63,851 bases of DNA. Source: Octopus bimaculoides. Its lineage: Eukaryota. Numbering within the stretch: the first letter of the stretch is position 1; each line of letters begins with the position of its first letter. Under the pieces are notes generated by a model. It ran no database searches. It was not told where the DNA came from and saw only the letters and a list, made by a program, of their open reading frames with translations. Below, in pieces: positions 36,790-49,033 of the stretch. The position numbers were made by a program, and so were the translations under genes. The DNA lies in assembly GCF_001194135.2 (NCBI RefSeq), contig NC_068991.1, positions 65,627,776 to 65,691,626 of the forward strand, written 5' to 3'.

Positions 36790-37190
36790 TCACCATCTAC
36801 TATTTCTGGGTCACGGGTGGGTAAAACCCTCCAAGTACCTCCTCCACTGGACCCTATCAGAAACAACCATCATCACTGTTTTCCTGTTGGATTCCCAAGT
36901 ATGGCTAACTGAGGCTAAGGATATTATCCAACCATATTGCTCTTGGTCTATCCCCAGTCCTCCTGCTGGTTGGCTCAGGTTGAAGAATCTGTTTTGTGAT
37001 CCTTTGGCACAATGCCCATAGTACCAGAGCTGTAACTTATCAATGTACTACATTTAGTTGTAATATAAACTACTTTTCATATCCTTGGAACATGAACTGT
37101 TGGACATCAGCTAATAACATTGCTTTGCCATATCATAATCTGTGACACCAATACTTTTATGTATGCCTTAGTTTCATCTTGGTTTGTGTT
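36790..37190 (-). pseudogene. Decayed LINE 3' coding end
   Basis: QLWYYGH...KQILQPEPTSRRTGDRPRAIWLDNI...DRVQWRRYLE, resembling the LRWxGH / GRPRxxW / DRxxWR motifs. Confidence 0.55.
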
Positions 37191-38099
37191 CCCTATTTTA
37201 TTTTATCCTTAGTCCACAGAGTAAAGTGGTTGGCATTTGGAAGGGCATCCAGTTGTAGAAACCTTGCCAAAACTGACCTCACCTGTGCTTGTGCCACATT
37301 AAAAGCACTCAGTCCACTCTGCTAGGTGGTTGGTGTTAGGAAGGGCATCCAGCTGTAAAAACCCTGCCAAAACAGATACGGAAGTCTGGTACAGTCTTAT
37401 ACCTGGCCAGCTCCGGTCAAACCATCCAACCCATGCCAGCATGGAAGGCAGATGCAAAAGGATAACGATAATGATGATGTCATATCTGGTTTGGATTTGT
37501 CAAGATCAACCTAAACTTCTATAATGTTGTGGTCAGTGAGAAATCTCAAACTACTTAGATCTTACATTATGGTCGCAATATGTGCACTACCACTACTACA
37601 CATAAAGTGGACAACAATTTCTTGCTGTTTTACAAACAAATTTCAGAAATTTACTCAATATATATATGAAACTTGGCAACATGACTTGATTTCAGTTCCC
37701 AGTTAGAGCTGTTTTACATCTATCTCTGAAACCCTTTGTAAAATGACATAATTTTTTATTGGTCAGAAAGTGACCAATATTTTTCTAACCCGAAAACGGC
37801 TTGATTCTTTTTAACCTTCCTCAATTTGATCAGTCCAGAAACAATCCCTCAGAATTTAGACTACAAAACCTAGTTGTCCACAGTAAAATGTCTCATCTTC
37901 ATAAGCAAATCTTTTTCTATATAAAACATTCAGTAGCATTTGTTGTCATCCTCACAAGCCAAATCATCAATTCAGTTTTAACTCCTGATTCAAATCCTTT
38001 CATTTCACTTACCTCATTAATACTAATACATTAGTCAATCCTTTCCAGTTAGCTTGATTTAATAGAGTGAAACTCAAATCAACTAATCTCTGTTACTTA

Positions 38100-38270
<171 letters not shown>

Positions 38271-39220
38271 TTATATCCAAGAAGATATTACATTATACAA
38301 GTTAAGAAAAACAGAGTAGAAATATCTACAAATTTATCACTGACAAAAAAAGTATAAACATCAGCAATTTAACAACATTAATATTGATGGAGAAAAAAAA
38401 AAGAATTATTTAAAAATATTCTTATAATGATTTCTAATAAGTCACAAGGCTACAAAGTATGACTGATTAAATTGACTCATGTACTTAACTGTTATTTATT
38501 TTAACTTGTCCAGGAAGCATGAATGGCAAATCCACCCTAGTTATGATTTGAACTCAAAATATTCTAATAGGATTAGTTACATCTCTTCTATTTCATCTTT
38601 TTCATGTTTCAGTCCTTAAAAGGTTTAATCAAATCAACCACAGTATTTATTTAACTTTGATACTTACTCTATTGGTATCTTTTGCTGAACTGCTCAGTTA
38701 CGGAGACAAAGAAACCTATACTGGTTGTCAAGTTGTGGAGGGGAACAAACACATGCACACACACAATATATGACAGGCTTCCACATAGTTTCTGTCTACC
38801 AGATTCATTCACAAAGCATTGATCAGTCACTGAAGAAGTCACAGAATGTCTGACAAAAGAACTTTGATGTAATCGGCTAGTCCCCCTCCCCTCAAATTTC
38901 AGGCCTTGTGCCTTCAGTAGAAAGGATTATTATTAATATTTTCAGTTTCCCTGTCAAAGTTCTTTTGTCGGACATTCTGTGACTTCTTCAGTGACTTTCT
39001 GTCTCGTGTCTTATCTTGCTTATTCCATGTTGTCTTCCTGCAGTACGTATCTCTATCTGCATGTATTTGTGTCTGTATATGTGTGTATATTTGTATCTGT
39101 ATGTGTGTGCGTATGTGTCTTGTATGCGTGTAAATGGGTTTGTGAGCACGGCCCCCTCTGGTACTCAATAGGGTCCATGTATTCACAACAAAGAAGTTTC
39201 CTGTATTCTTTCATCTATAT

Positions 39221-39343
39221 AGGCGTAGGAGTGGCTGCGTGGCACTTTAGGCAAGTGTCTTCTACTATAGCCTCGGGCTGACCAAAGCCTTGTGAGTGGA
39301 TTTGGTAGACGGAAACTGAAAGAATCCTGTTGTATATATGTGT

Positions 39344-39379
<36 letters not shown>

Positions 39380-39595
39380 ATGTGTGTATGTGTTTGTGTT
39401 TGTCCCCCCAACATCGCTTGACAACCGGTGCTGGTGTGTTTACGTCCTCGTAACTTAGCGGTTCGGCAAAGGAAACCAATAGAATAAGTACTAGGCTTCC
39501 AAAGAATAAGTCCTGGGGACGATTTGCTCGACTAAAGGCAGTGCTCCAGCATGGCCACAGTCAAAAGACTGAAACAAGTAAAAGAGTAAAAGAGT
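39221..39595 (+). mobile_element. SINE family B (internal TA/TG microsatellite, gagtaaaa tail), plus-strand copy with an internal deletion in the head
   Basis: ggagtggctg...ccaaagccttgtgagtggatttggtagacggaaactgaaaga...gtgctccagcatggccacagtc...acaagtaaaagagtaaaagag. Confidence 0.85.
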
Positions 39596-41826
39596 TTATC
39601 TCTATAATTTTTAGTATTTGCAATAGTTCTTACCCAACTTACACATGTTCATATTTGCGTTCTTACCTTTCTGTGTCCAATAATTTCCATATAGTAAGCC
39701 ATTGTATAATAAGTTCATATAGTATATGATCGTGGTCAGCCTCTGAATGTTTATTTATATAATCATCCTTGTTTAAATTTATCTGATAAAAGTTCTAAAA
39801 GGAGACTGTCTTTCATTTACTCATCAGTTTTGATGACCAACATATATATCTTCAAACAAGTTGAGTAAACTTATAAAAATTTTGGTCACTAGATCAGCGA
39901 GATACACACCAATCTTGCTTAAAAGAATCTTGCATACAAAAGCAAATGCAATAACTATGCTGTCTTGGACTTGTATTATACAGATAAGTGAAATCCAATC
40001 TAGCTATATTCTCTTCTATTCTAGGCTAAATAAATAAAAGCATCCTTTTATTTGAACATCTTGGAATGATTTCTCCATGACACTGTGAGCAACTTGTTTA
40101 AAATTTGAGATTTACTTAAATTTAATTGAAGTTAGTCTCAGATTAGGTTCTTTTTCTTTTCTATAACTCAAACATTTTTACATATGTGGTGAATTGCTTG
40201 TTGAACAAAAGAGTATGCACTATAGAGCGAACTCCATGTCCCCACCAACACCTCTAAATTACATACATCTGAGAAGAGAAGCTGGGAGCATTACTGAATG
40301 TGCCAGCAACCAATCATATGTCATTAAAGATTGAAGCCAGTTCACTCTTCTGAAGATGAAGGTCTAATTGGGACCTGGTCAACTATCGAAACAAAAAATT
40401 TTCATTCATACCTAATTGAGAAACATGTTCTGTAATGAATTATCATATGCATGGTAAACAGCAAGATTCAAAACCTACTTTTTTCTTTTTATTTGTCCCA
40501 GTCATAGACTCTGCCCTTGCTGGGACATCGCCTTTGCTAAGTTACAGGGATGTAAACACACAAACACTGGTTGTTAAACAGTGGTGAAACACACAAACAC
40601 ACACACACACAATGGGCTTCTTTCAGTTTCTGTCTGTCAGATACACTCACAAGGCTTTGGTTAGCAGGAGGTTATTGTAGAAGGCACTTGCCCGAGGTGC
40701 TACACAGTGGGACTGAACCTGGCACCATGTAGTTGGAAAGCAAACTTCTTACTGCATACCCATACCTACATTTATTCTTAATATGTTCTGGCAGATTTGA
40801 ACATGAATATGCTAATCACTATTGTATTTCGTCACCAGCTTCTCTTTTACAACAATGCATGGCAGACAGTAAAATTCAAAACAATGCCTGGCATATTTAT
40901 TTTTAATAAGCATTCTGATAAGAACTGTTGTAAATCAGTTGGATTGGTGACAGCATTGTTCAGTACATCACATTTTTTTGTGCTATTTCTCTCAAAGCAG
41001 ACAGTGGCTTAAATAGTTTGGATTATGTCAGTTAAATACCTGTTAACAACTGACAGAGACTGAAGAATATTTAGTTAAAAAATACATAAAAATATAGCAA
41101 GAGAATGCAATACTTGTGGTAGAGTACACACAGTAAACACAATTCAGATGTCACCTGTCTGTAGAACCAGTAGTGCCATCTGTACCATAAATTAGCAGAT
41201 AAATAAGGTTTGGTAACTGAGTAGTTTGGTAGCATCAATTTTTGAATTTAAAAATGTGTAGAATAAAAGCCAGTTTCCTGCATTAAAAACAGCCACTGCC
41301 AAAAGTGGTTTTGAGTCCAAATGGTGATACAAAAATGTGTCTAACTCAACTATTTCCACATTCATATACAGACAATTTACATCTCCATCTTTGTCTTAAC
41401 TGAAGAATATTTCTGCTTAAGAGTTGAATAAAAATCAACCAAGCGATTGGACATGAAACTTGCTGAATATTGGAAAAACAAAAGAAAAGTTGAGACATCA
41501 TTTTACACATGTACAGTGAACATGTAACTATTCACCATATACACATAAATGCTCACTACCAAAGAGGTACTTACAAGATAAATAGTCAAAACTAAGTCTG
41601 TATTGTAAAGAGATATTGTAATAACATGGTTGCATGTCATCTCTTTACTACATGTTTTTAAGTACTACAGTGTAGTAAACATGTGGTACTATAGCATAGC
41701 AAGCTCATAGTGCCACAACATGAAAGATTTGTGATTCTACAGAGCAAACTCATGACGCTGTATGACTACTGATTCATATTATAATAGACTTATGATACAA
41801 CACAGCCAGGACACAATATAAGTAAT

Positions 41827-42040
41827 CTTTTCTACTCTAGGTACAAGACCTGAAATTNNNNNNNNNNNNNNNNNNNNNNNNNNNNNNNNNNNNNNNNNNN
41901 NNNNNNNNNNNNNNNNNNNNNNNNNNNNNNNNNNNNNNNNNNNNNNNNNNNNNNNNNNNNNNNNNNNNNNNNNNNNNNNNNNNNNNNNNNNNCTAAGCAT
42001 TTCGCCCGGCGTGCTAATGTTTCTGCCAGCTCGCCGCCTT
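41827..42040 (-). mobile_element. Short SINE family C (~200 bp); further copies at ~1026-1232, 3364-3520, 3568-3905, 13120-13420, 19552-19768, 22700-23090, 25360-25577, 28200-28412, 31042-31255, 58600-59000 and 63365-63505
   Basis: Conserved core gaccccagt...aactggtacttattttatcgacc...aaaggatgaaaggcaaagt...gaactcagaa; this copy has a 19-bp TSD aggacacaatataagtaat (41808-41826, 42041-42059). Confidence 0.85.
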
Positions 42041-42149
42041 AGGACACAATATAAGTAATGAGAAGAGGATAAATGAAGGGGTCAAGAGTGTGTAAGGGAA
42101 GATGGTCAGGGGCCAGCTAGCTCTGAGGAACAGAGACCATTACAGCTGT

Positions 42150-42850
42150 CTGAAAAAGTAGAGAGAGGAGAGAGAGCATGCCTGTCGGTTAGGGATTAGA
42201 ATGTTTGTGAGGCGGAGTGTTCTGCATATGTGTGATGTCTCTCACCACACTTCCAATTCACATATGCCTTACCAATTTCATGAATTATTCCCTATCCCCC
42301 TTGAGATCAAAGCAGCCCAACAGTACAATAGAAGGTGGTCTGAGTCTTGTGAGGGACACCTGAGATGCTGGGCATATAGAGGATTCGTGATATCCATCCA
42401 CCTCAATGCAGGTTAGCTGCTGTTCTACCTCAGCCTGTTTGCATATGTTCATCACCTTCTGTGGACATATGCAACAAGTGGTACTGTAGTTCAGTGGCTG
42501 AAGGTACCTCAATAAGAGGCAAAGGAAGATCCAATGATGCTGAACCTGCAGAAGGAAAGTGAGGGAAAAACTAAGAATGATTCAAACCCAGTTTTAGGAA
42601 GAGGACATCAGTAGTATTTCCAGACCCATGCTGGTCAAAGAAACAGGTTTGTGCGTGATTTCATGTCAATTAGGTGATACCCTTCTTCCAGTGCAGTCTA
42701 AGATGCCTGTATGTATAGCAGCAGCAACTCGAATGTAGGAACAGTACACCATTGTGGCTATCACTAAAGCTTTGTAGACAGTTTGTAATTATTAAGGGCT
42801 GGTGTTGTATCTCAATACAGGGTTACACGACAAAGTTATCAGATGTTCTG
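42150..42850 (-). pseudogene. Decayed RTE-type LINE RT C-terminal region
   Basis: TVYKALVIATMVY plus degraded downstream motifs; many stops. Confidence 0.5.
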
Positions 42851-43136
42851 TCTAACTCAAAGTAGTTCTTTAATCTGCTAGAAATAACAGTCAAGTTTCC
42901 ACCAAATTATATCCTACTGTCTTAAAAATAATAGGTCACATTAGATAATGTAGTTCTAGATGCACTTGCTGTTCAAATAAAAGAAAGAACAACCACATCA
43001 GTAACACTTTTAACACAGGTTGGTCATTGCTGGCATGCTTTTTATCATGTTTCTGCTATGTCAGAATAAACATGGAACTAAACAACAACTAAACAATAAC
43101 TACAAACAAGTTTTATTGCTCTCTCTCTTTCATATA

Positions 43137-43327
43137 TACTCTTCTGCTTGTTTCAGTCATTCGACTGTGGCCATGCTGGAGCACCGCTTTTAGTCAAGCA
43201 AATCGACCCCAGGACTTATTCTTTGTAAGCCTAGTACTTATTCTATCGGTCTCTTTTGCTGAACCACTAGGTTACCAGCATCGGTTGTCAAGCGGTGTTG
43301 GGGGGGGGGGACAAACAGACACACAAG

Positions 43328-43365
<38 letters not shown>

Positions 43366-43605
43366 AGTTAAAAAAAAACTAACAAAAAAAACAACAAAGT
43401 GAGGATGTGATACGGATAGTGTTATTGGACGCTCAGGAAAGGAAAGAGAGAATATATATGACGGGCTTCTTTCAGTTTCCGTCTACCAAATCCACTCACA
43501 AGGCTTTGGTCAGCCCTAGGCTATGGTAGAAGACACTTGCTCAAGTGCCATGCCGTGGGACTGAACCTGGAACCATGTGATTCATAAGCAAGCTACTTAC
43601 CACAG
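43137..43605 (-). mobile_element. SINE family B
   Basis: Reverse complement of the family B consensus, with an internal (CA)n. Confidence 0.85.
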
Positions 43606-43897
43606 AATTCTATGTCTATATAAAAAATCAGTGAATTCTTTCATAACAGTCAATATTATAACTGTTAGACTACCCTCACAGATAATTTGTTTTCAGTGGT
43701 GAAGACTTGTGTGTAAGACCAGCCACACATTTTGGAAATGCTGACAGCAGAAAAGCTGGGGCAAATATTTGCTATAAACTCAATGTACAGCACACTTCAG
43801 GCTTTTCTATTAGAATTCTCTATCACCTGGGTTGGTTGCCTTTGTGCACCAAACAAGTCCTCATGCATTATATATCAAATTCACAACAACTTAAAAA

Positions 43898-43943
<46 letters not shown>

Positions 43944-44182
43944 TTGTGATTTATAATTTCTAAGTCCTTGTATATTTAATATATATATATAAATTAACAA
44001 AAAAGATATTNNNNNNNNNNAAACACTATCAGCTTTAAAAAAAAGACAAAAGGACATATATATATATATATATATTCAAAATAGGATAAAAATCTTTTAC
44101 AAGAATTTTATCAGGAAGCTAGTGTGTAAAAAAGTTCATAAGGGAAATTTCTATTCCCAAGAATATAATTATTTGTTTATAT

Positions 44183-44427
44183 TTATATAAGGGCATAACA
44201 CAACAGACTTCCCAAATAAACATATTTTAGTACCGAATGCGAGGAAAGCAACCCTGAAAACAGAAACTAGATTTTATTCTGGTAATCACAAAATCGGTCG
44301 AGTTTAAAAAAAAAAAAAAAAAAAGTTGGTTTCTTTTGAGGGTTGCTTTCCTCGCATTCGGCACTAAAATGTGTTTATTTGGGAAGCCTAGTGTGTGGCA
44401 TTATTCTGTAGTAATGCCCTTATATAA
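44183..44427. repeat. Foldback hairpin / candidate MITE in Rab4 intron 2
   Basis: Arms 44183-44267 and 44329-44427 are reverse complements (terminal 14 bp perfect); 61-nt A-rich spacer. Confidence 0.7.
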
Positions 44428-44716
44428 CTATGTACATATATATATATGTATGTATGTTTATATATATATATATATATGTATGTATNNNNNNNNNNNNNNN
44501 NNNNNNNNNNNNNNNNNNNNNNNNNNNNNNNNNNNNNNNNNNNNNNNNNNNNNNNNNNNNNNNNNNNNNNNNNNNNNNNNNNNNNATGTATATAGTTATA
44601 AATACAATATCTCTGAATAAAAGATGGGATTGTCATAGCTGGGACTACCAACTGGATCAGAGCTAACCAACAACCAGTTGAATAGGAGTGCAATGTAAAG
44701 GAAAACTTTTACTTAC

Positions 44717-44797
44717 ATTTGTTCTCAATGAATTGATGTAAAATACAGGACTTCCCAGTTCCAGCACTTCCTATAACTAGGAATTTGAATAAAAAAT
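44717..44797 (-). CDS. RAB4: Rab4 small GTPase, exon 2 ([27 protein letters not shown]), 81 nt, P-loop
   Basis: Minus strand: ttttccAG acceptor and GTAAGT donor; GSAGTGKS P-loop; the [10 protein letters not shown] start is typical of Rab4 rather than Rab14 or Rab2. Confidence 0.97.
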
Positions 44798-45375
44798 CTG
44801 GAAAATTGAAACAACATTTATTAAGAGAGATTAAAGGATTTGCTAGAAGTGTCAAGAAATGCATACAGATTAAATAAATAAAAAAAAAACATCAAAAGAT
44901 CAAAAGATCAGGAGGAAATGAGAGAAAAATAATCTTCATAACTGCTGAACTCTGAAGAAAATTATTTCTGTGAAAAAAAAAAATGAAAAAAATCTGCTGG
45001 GGAAAATAAACTTGTATAAAAAAAATTTAATAGACAAAAAAAATTTCATGACATTGTCATGAAATACAAATGCTTAAATGTTTCAATTAATTTTGAAAAT
45101 AAGATAGTGGAGAGATTTAGGAAGATAAAATTTTTCATTATTAAACTTGTGTTTGGAAGATATTTTTCAAAACAGAAGATTCTTGCAGAAAATTAGGGTA
45201 GAAGATTTTCATTTAAACAAGAGCATTTTGAAAATGGGAAGGTTTGCATCATAGGCAGTCTTGAGCAGACAAAAAAGTGAGGGGTAGAAAGTGAGATATT
45301 AAAACTTGAGAAGTTTTCCTTAATCACATGGCCAAGAATAATTTAGAATATTATAGTCTCGATCTTTTTGTTATA

Positions 45376-45774
45376 TACTCTTACTCTTTACTCTTTTACT
45401 TGTTTCAGTCATTTGACTGTGGCCATGCTGGAGCACCACCTTTTTAGTCGAGCAAATCGACCCCGGGACTTATTCTTTGTAAGCCTAGTACTTATTCTAT
45501 CGGTCTCTTTTTGCCAAACCGCTAGGTGATGGGGACATAAACACACCAGCATCGGTTGTCAAGCAATGCTAGGAGGACAAACACAGACACACAAACACAC
45601 ACACACATATATATATATACATATATACGACGGGCTTCTTTCAGTTTCCGTCTACCAAATCCACTCACAAGGCTTTGGTCGGCCCGAGGCTATAGTAGAA
45701 GACACTTGCCAAGGTGCCACTGAACCCGGAACCATGTGGTTGGTAAGCAAGCTACTTACCACACAGCCACTCCT
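45376..45774 (-). mobile_element. SINE family B
   Basis: Full-length reverse copy. Confidence 0.85.
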
Positions 45775-46265
45775 GGCCATTAATTTTTAGGTAAAGAATT
45801 TGATAGGTCAGAGGGCTATGTTGAATCTTTTATAGTATTTGGATAGGTACTCTTTTAGTGGTTCCAGCCAATGTGTTAGGATCATGCTGGGGTACAGTCA
45901 TCAGCTCAGTCACAATTTTTGAAGTCAAATTGAGCCAGAATATTACATGTATCAGTAGCTTAGTGAATAGTAATGTTAGTATGCTTTGTCTATAAATAAG
46001 CACTTTTTGTTTGGAATTTAGTGTGGTCCTAGATACATATCCAGACGTAAGACATCTGAGATCGAACTGATTGGATGAGAGTTTAGTTGTAGATGTTAGA
46101 AAATGTTTCATATATAAGGATGTGGTTAAAAGTGTGAAAAATCAATCATTTTAACAATAACTCATCTCAGATGCTAGAATGAATTCTGTACTTTGTTTTC
46201 CAAGGGGTCACTAACATAACATCTGTATATAATTAATTGTTATTTAATCAATAATAGCTCACTCT

Positions 46266-46323
<58 letters not shown>

Positions 46324-47072
46324 TGTGTGTGTAATACAGGGAGAATGTAGAGAAAGAGAGAGAGTGAGTGAAATACACATGCTTAAAAAAAAAAAAAATA
46401 TTAGCAGATAATACACCAAACAGAAGAATAAAGCCATAGGTAAGCAAAGCGATCCAGTTTCAATCCTTGATTGTATAGCAGATTCATTTCACTAAAATCA
46501 CTAATGTTTTTAGAAAAAAACCTGAGCATTGTACAATCTGATAACACCCATCTACCCAACCTGTTCTCCTGAAAATATAATAAAATTACAGCTTTTGTAA
46601 GAAAACCATTTACAACTAAATCACACACACACAAAATGAAAAGAAAGAAAACACACAAGGAAAAGGGCATGCCAAATGAAATTGGTGAAACATGGAGATG
46701 ACGTGTAGATAACTGAAATACTGATGGATAAATAGACAGGGGCCAGATTCCTCTATTGACCCTCTTCCTTCAGTTACAATGTACAAAACTAATTTAAACA
46801 AGATATTGTTTTCCCTGAATCAATACAAATTGAGGCAGAAGTATATTGTGAGATACATTGCTTAGAAATTGTAGCCAGAATATGTTCTTAAAGGGAAAGA
46901 ATACCAGCTAAGAGAATTTTACTAACAATTGTAACAAAATTTTGTCTTTAAGTAGCAGTGGTGATAGTACTGGTGATGGTCTTGTAACACTATCACTACC
47001 ACCGTTGTCACCACCATCCTTTCGCTTTCCCACCACCAACATCACGACTAGGGTCCATTCTCCAAACCATAT

Positions 47073-47287
47073 TCTCTTTTACTCTTTTACTTGTTTCAGT
47101 CATTTGACTGCGGCCATGCTGGAGCACCACCTTTAGTCAACCCCAGGGCTTATTCTTTGTAAGCCTAGTACTTATTCTATCGGTACTCTTTTGCCGAACC
47201 GCTAAGTTACAGGGACGTAAACACACCAGCATCGGTTGTCAAGCAATGTTGGGGGCACAAACATAGACACACAAACATATACACACA

Positions 47288-47319
<32 letters not shown>

Positions 47320-47757
47320 NNNNNNNNNNNNNNNNNNNNNNNNNNNNNNNNNNNNNNNNNNNNNNNNNNNNNNNNNNNNNNNNNNNNNNNNNNNNNNNNN
47401 NNNNNNNNNNNNNNNNNNNNNNNNNNNNNNNNNNNNNNNNNNNNNNNNNNNNNNNNNNNNNNNNNNNNNNNNNNNNNNNNNNNNNNNACTGGAGCCTGGT
47501 GTTGCCATCCGGTTTCACCAGTCCTCAGTCAAATCGTCCAACCCATGCTAGCATGGAAAGCGGACGTTAAACGATGATGATGATATATACATATATATAC
47601 GAAGGGCTTCTTTCAGTTTCCGTCTACCAAATCCACTCACAAGGCTTTGGTCAGCCTGAGGCTATAGTAGAAGACACTTGCCCAAGGTGCCACGCAGTGA
47701 GACTGAACCCAGAACCATGTGGTTGGTAAGCAAGCTACTTACCACACAGCCACTCCT
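47073..47757 (-). mobile_element. SINE family B with a nested RTE-tail element (47489-47582, +) and an N gap
   Basis: The 3' half (47073-47319) and 5' half (47583-47757) flank the gap and a (GAT)n-tailed insert. Confidence 0.75.
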
Positions 47758-48131
47758 GCATATAAAACTGCTATATTCTCTATGTATACTTTTTTTTTTT
47801 TTTTTACAGATGTCTTTAAAGACTGTCAGAGATGTACTTAATTGGAAAATGATTTGATCCGAGACAGTCTGTTAAACAATTACAGCACTGAAGGCACATA
47901 TTAGACATTCAAAAACATACAAAAACTTCACTTCACTTAAACATTTATTATTTGGTGTCAAAATTTTCACCAAAACCTTTCCACTGCAACTCAGTTACAA
48001 TAGAGCTGTTTGTGACCAGATTGCAGTTGGTGCAATGAAAATTTCGACACCAAATAATAACTGTTTAAGTGAAATTAAGTTTTTGTATGTTTTTGAATGG
48101 CTCCAAACTGTTATTGCTTAAATAGTGTGTA

Positions 48132-48511
48132 TACTCTTTTACTTGTTTCAGTCATTTGACTGTGGTCATGCTGGAGCACCGCCTTTAGTCAAGCAAATCA
48201 ACCCTAGGACTTATTCTTTGTAAGTCCAGTATTTATTCTATCGGTCTCTTTTGCTGAACCACTAAGTTACGGGGACGTAAACACACCAGCATCGGTTGTC
48301 AAGCGATGTTGCGGGGACAAACACACAAACACATACATATACAAATATACGACGGGCTTCTTTCAGTTTCTGTCTACCAAATCCACTCACAAGGCTTTGG
48401 TCGGCCTGAGGCTATAGTAGAAGACACTTGCCCAAGGTGCCATGCAGTGGGATTGAACCTGGAACCATGTGGTTCGTAAGCAAGCTACTTACCACACAGC
48501 CACTCCTACGC
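48132..48511 (-). mobile_element. SINE family B
   Basis: Full-length reverse copy. Confidence 0.85.
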
Positions 48512-48996
48512 TGTATGCAAATAATTATTTATATTCATCTATATCATTTCATATTCCTTTATGTTAGAAGATTAGCAGAAATGATAGAATGTTGAGATAG
48601 TTGGTCCTTCACATTTCGAGTTGAAACTTTGTTGAGTTGATTTTGCCTTTTGTTCTCGGTAGATGGGTGAGGTATTCATTAAAATAGGTACCAATCAAGT
48701 ACTAAAGTTGATTTATTTAACTACGCCCTTCCCTTAAATTTGAGGGTTTGCACCAATGTAGGAAACCAATGTGCCAGACAGATTGGCTCTATGGATAATG
48801 TATTGCATTACTAGCTGGTGGATCAGGAGTTCAAACCTGTTGGACAATATACTTCATTCTACTTGACTCGCATAATTCTACTGTTGAAGAAATAGGTCCC
48901 AGATATTTTGAAAACGCTACTTCAGATAGACTAACATCACTTCCAGGAACTGAAACAATCTTATCCTCAACACTATTATGCGTACTTATCCTACAC

Positions 48997-49033
<37 letters not shown>

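Noticed and set aside
40349-40391. CTGAAGA...TCGAAAC motif
   Set aside because: No convincing stem I or stem III; possibly a very old PLE relic.
45043-45065. 10-bp perfect stem-loop atttcatgac-att-gtcatgaaat
   Set aside because: Short, AT-rich and expected by chance in 64 kb.
45830-46111. 93-aa minus ORF (..KQKVLIYRQSILTLL..)
   Set aside because: Probably a decayed LINE RT C-terminal remnant; too degraded to call.
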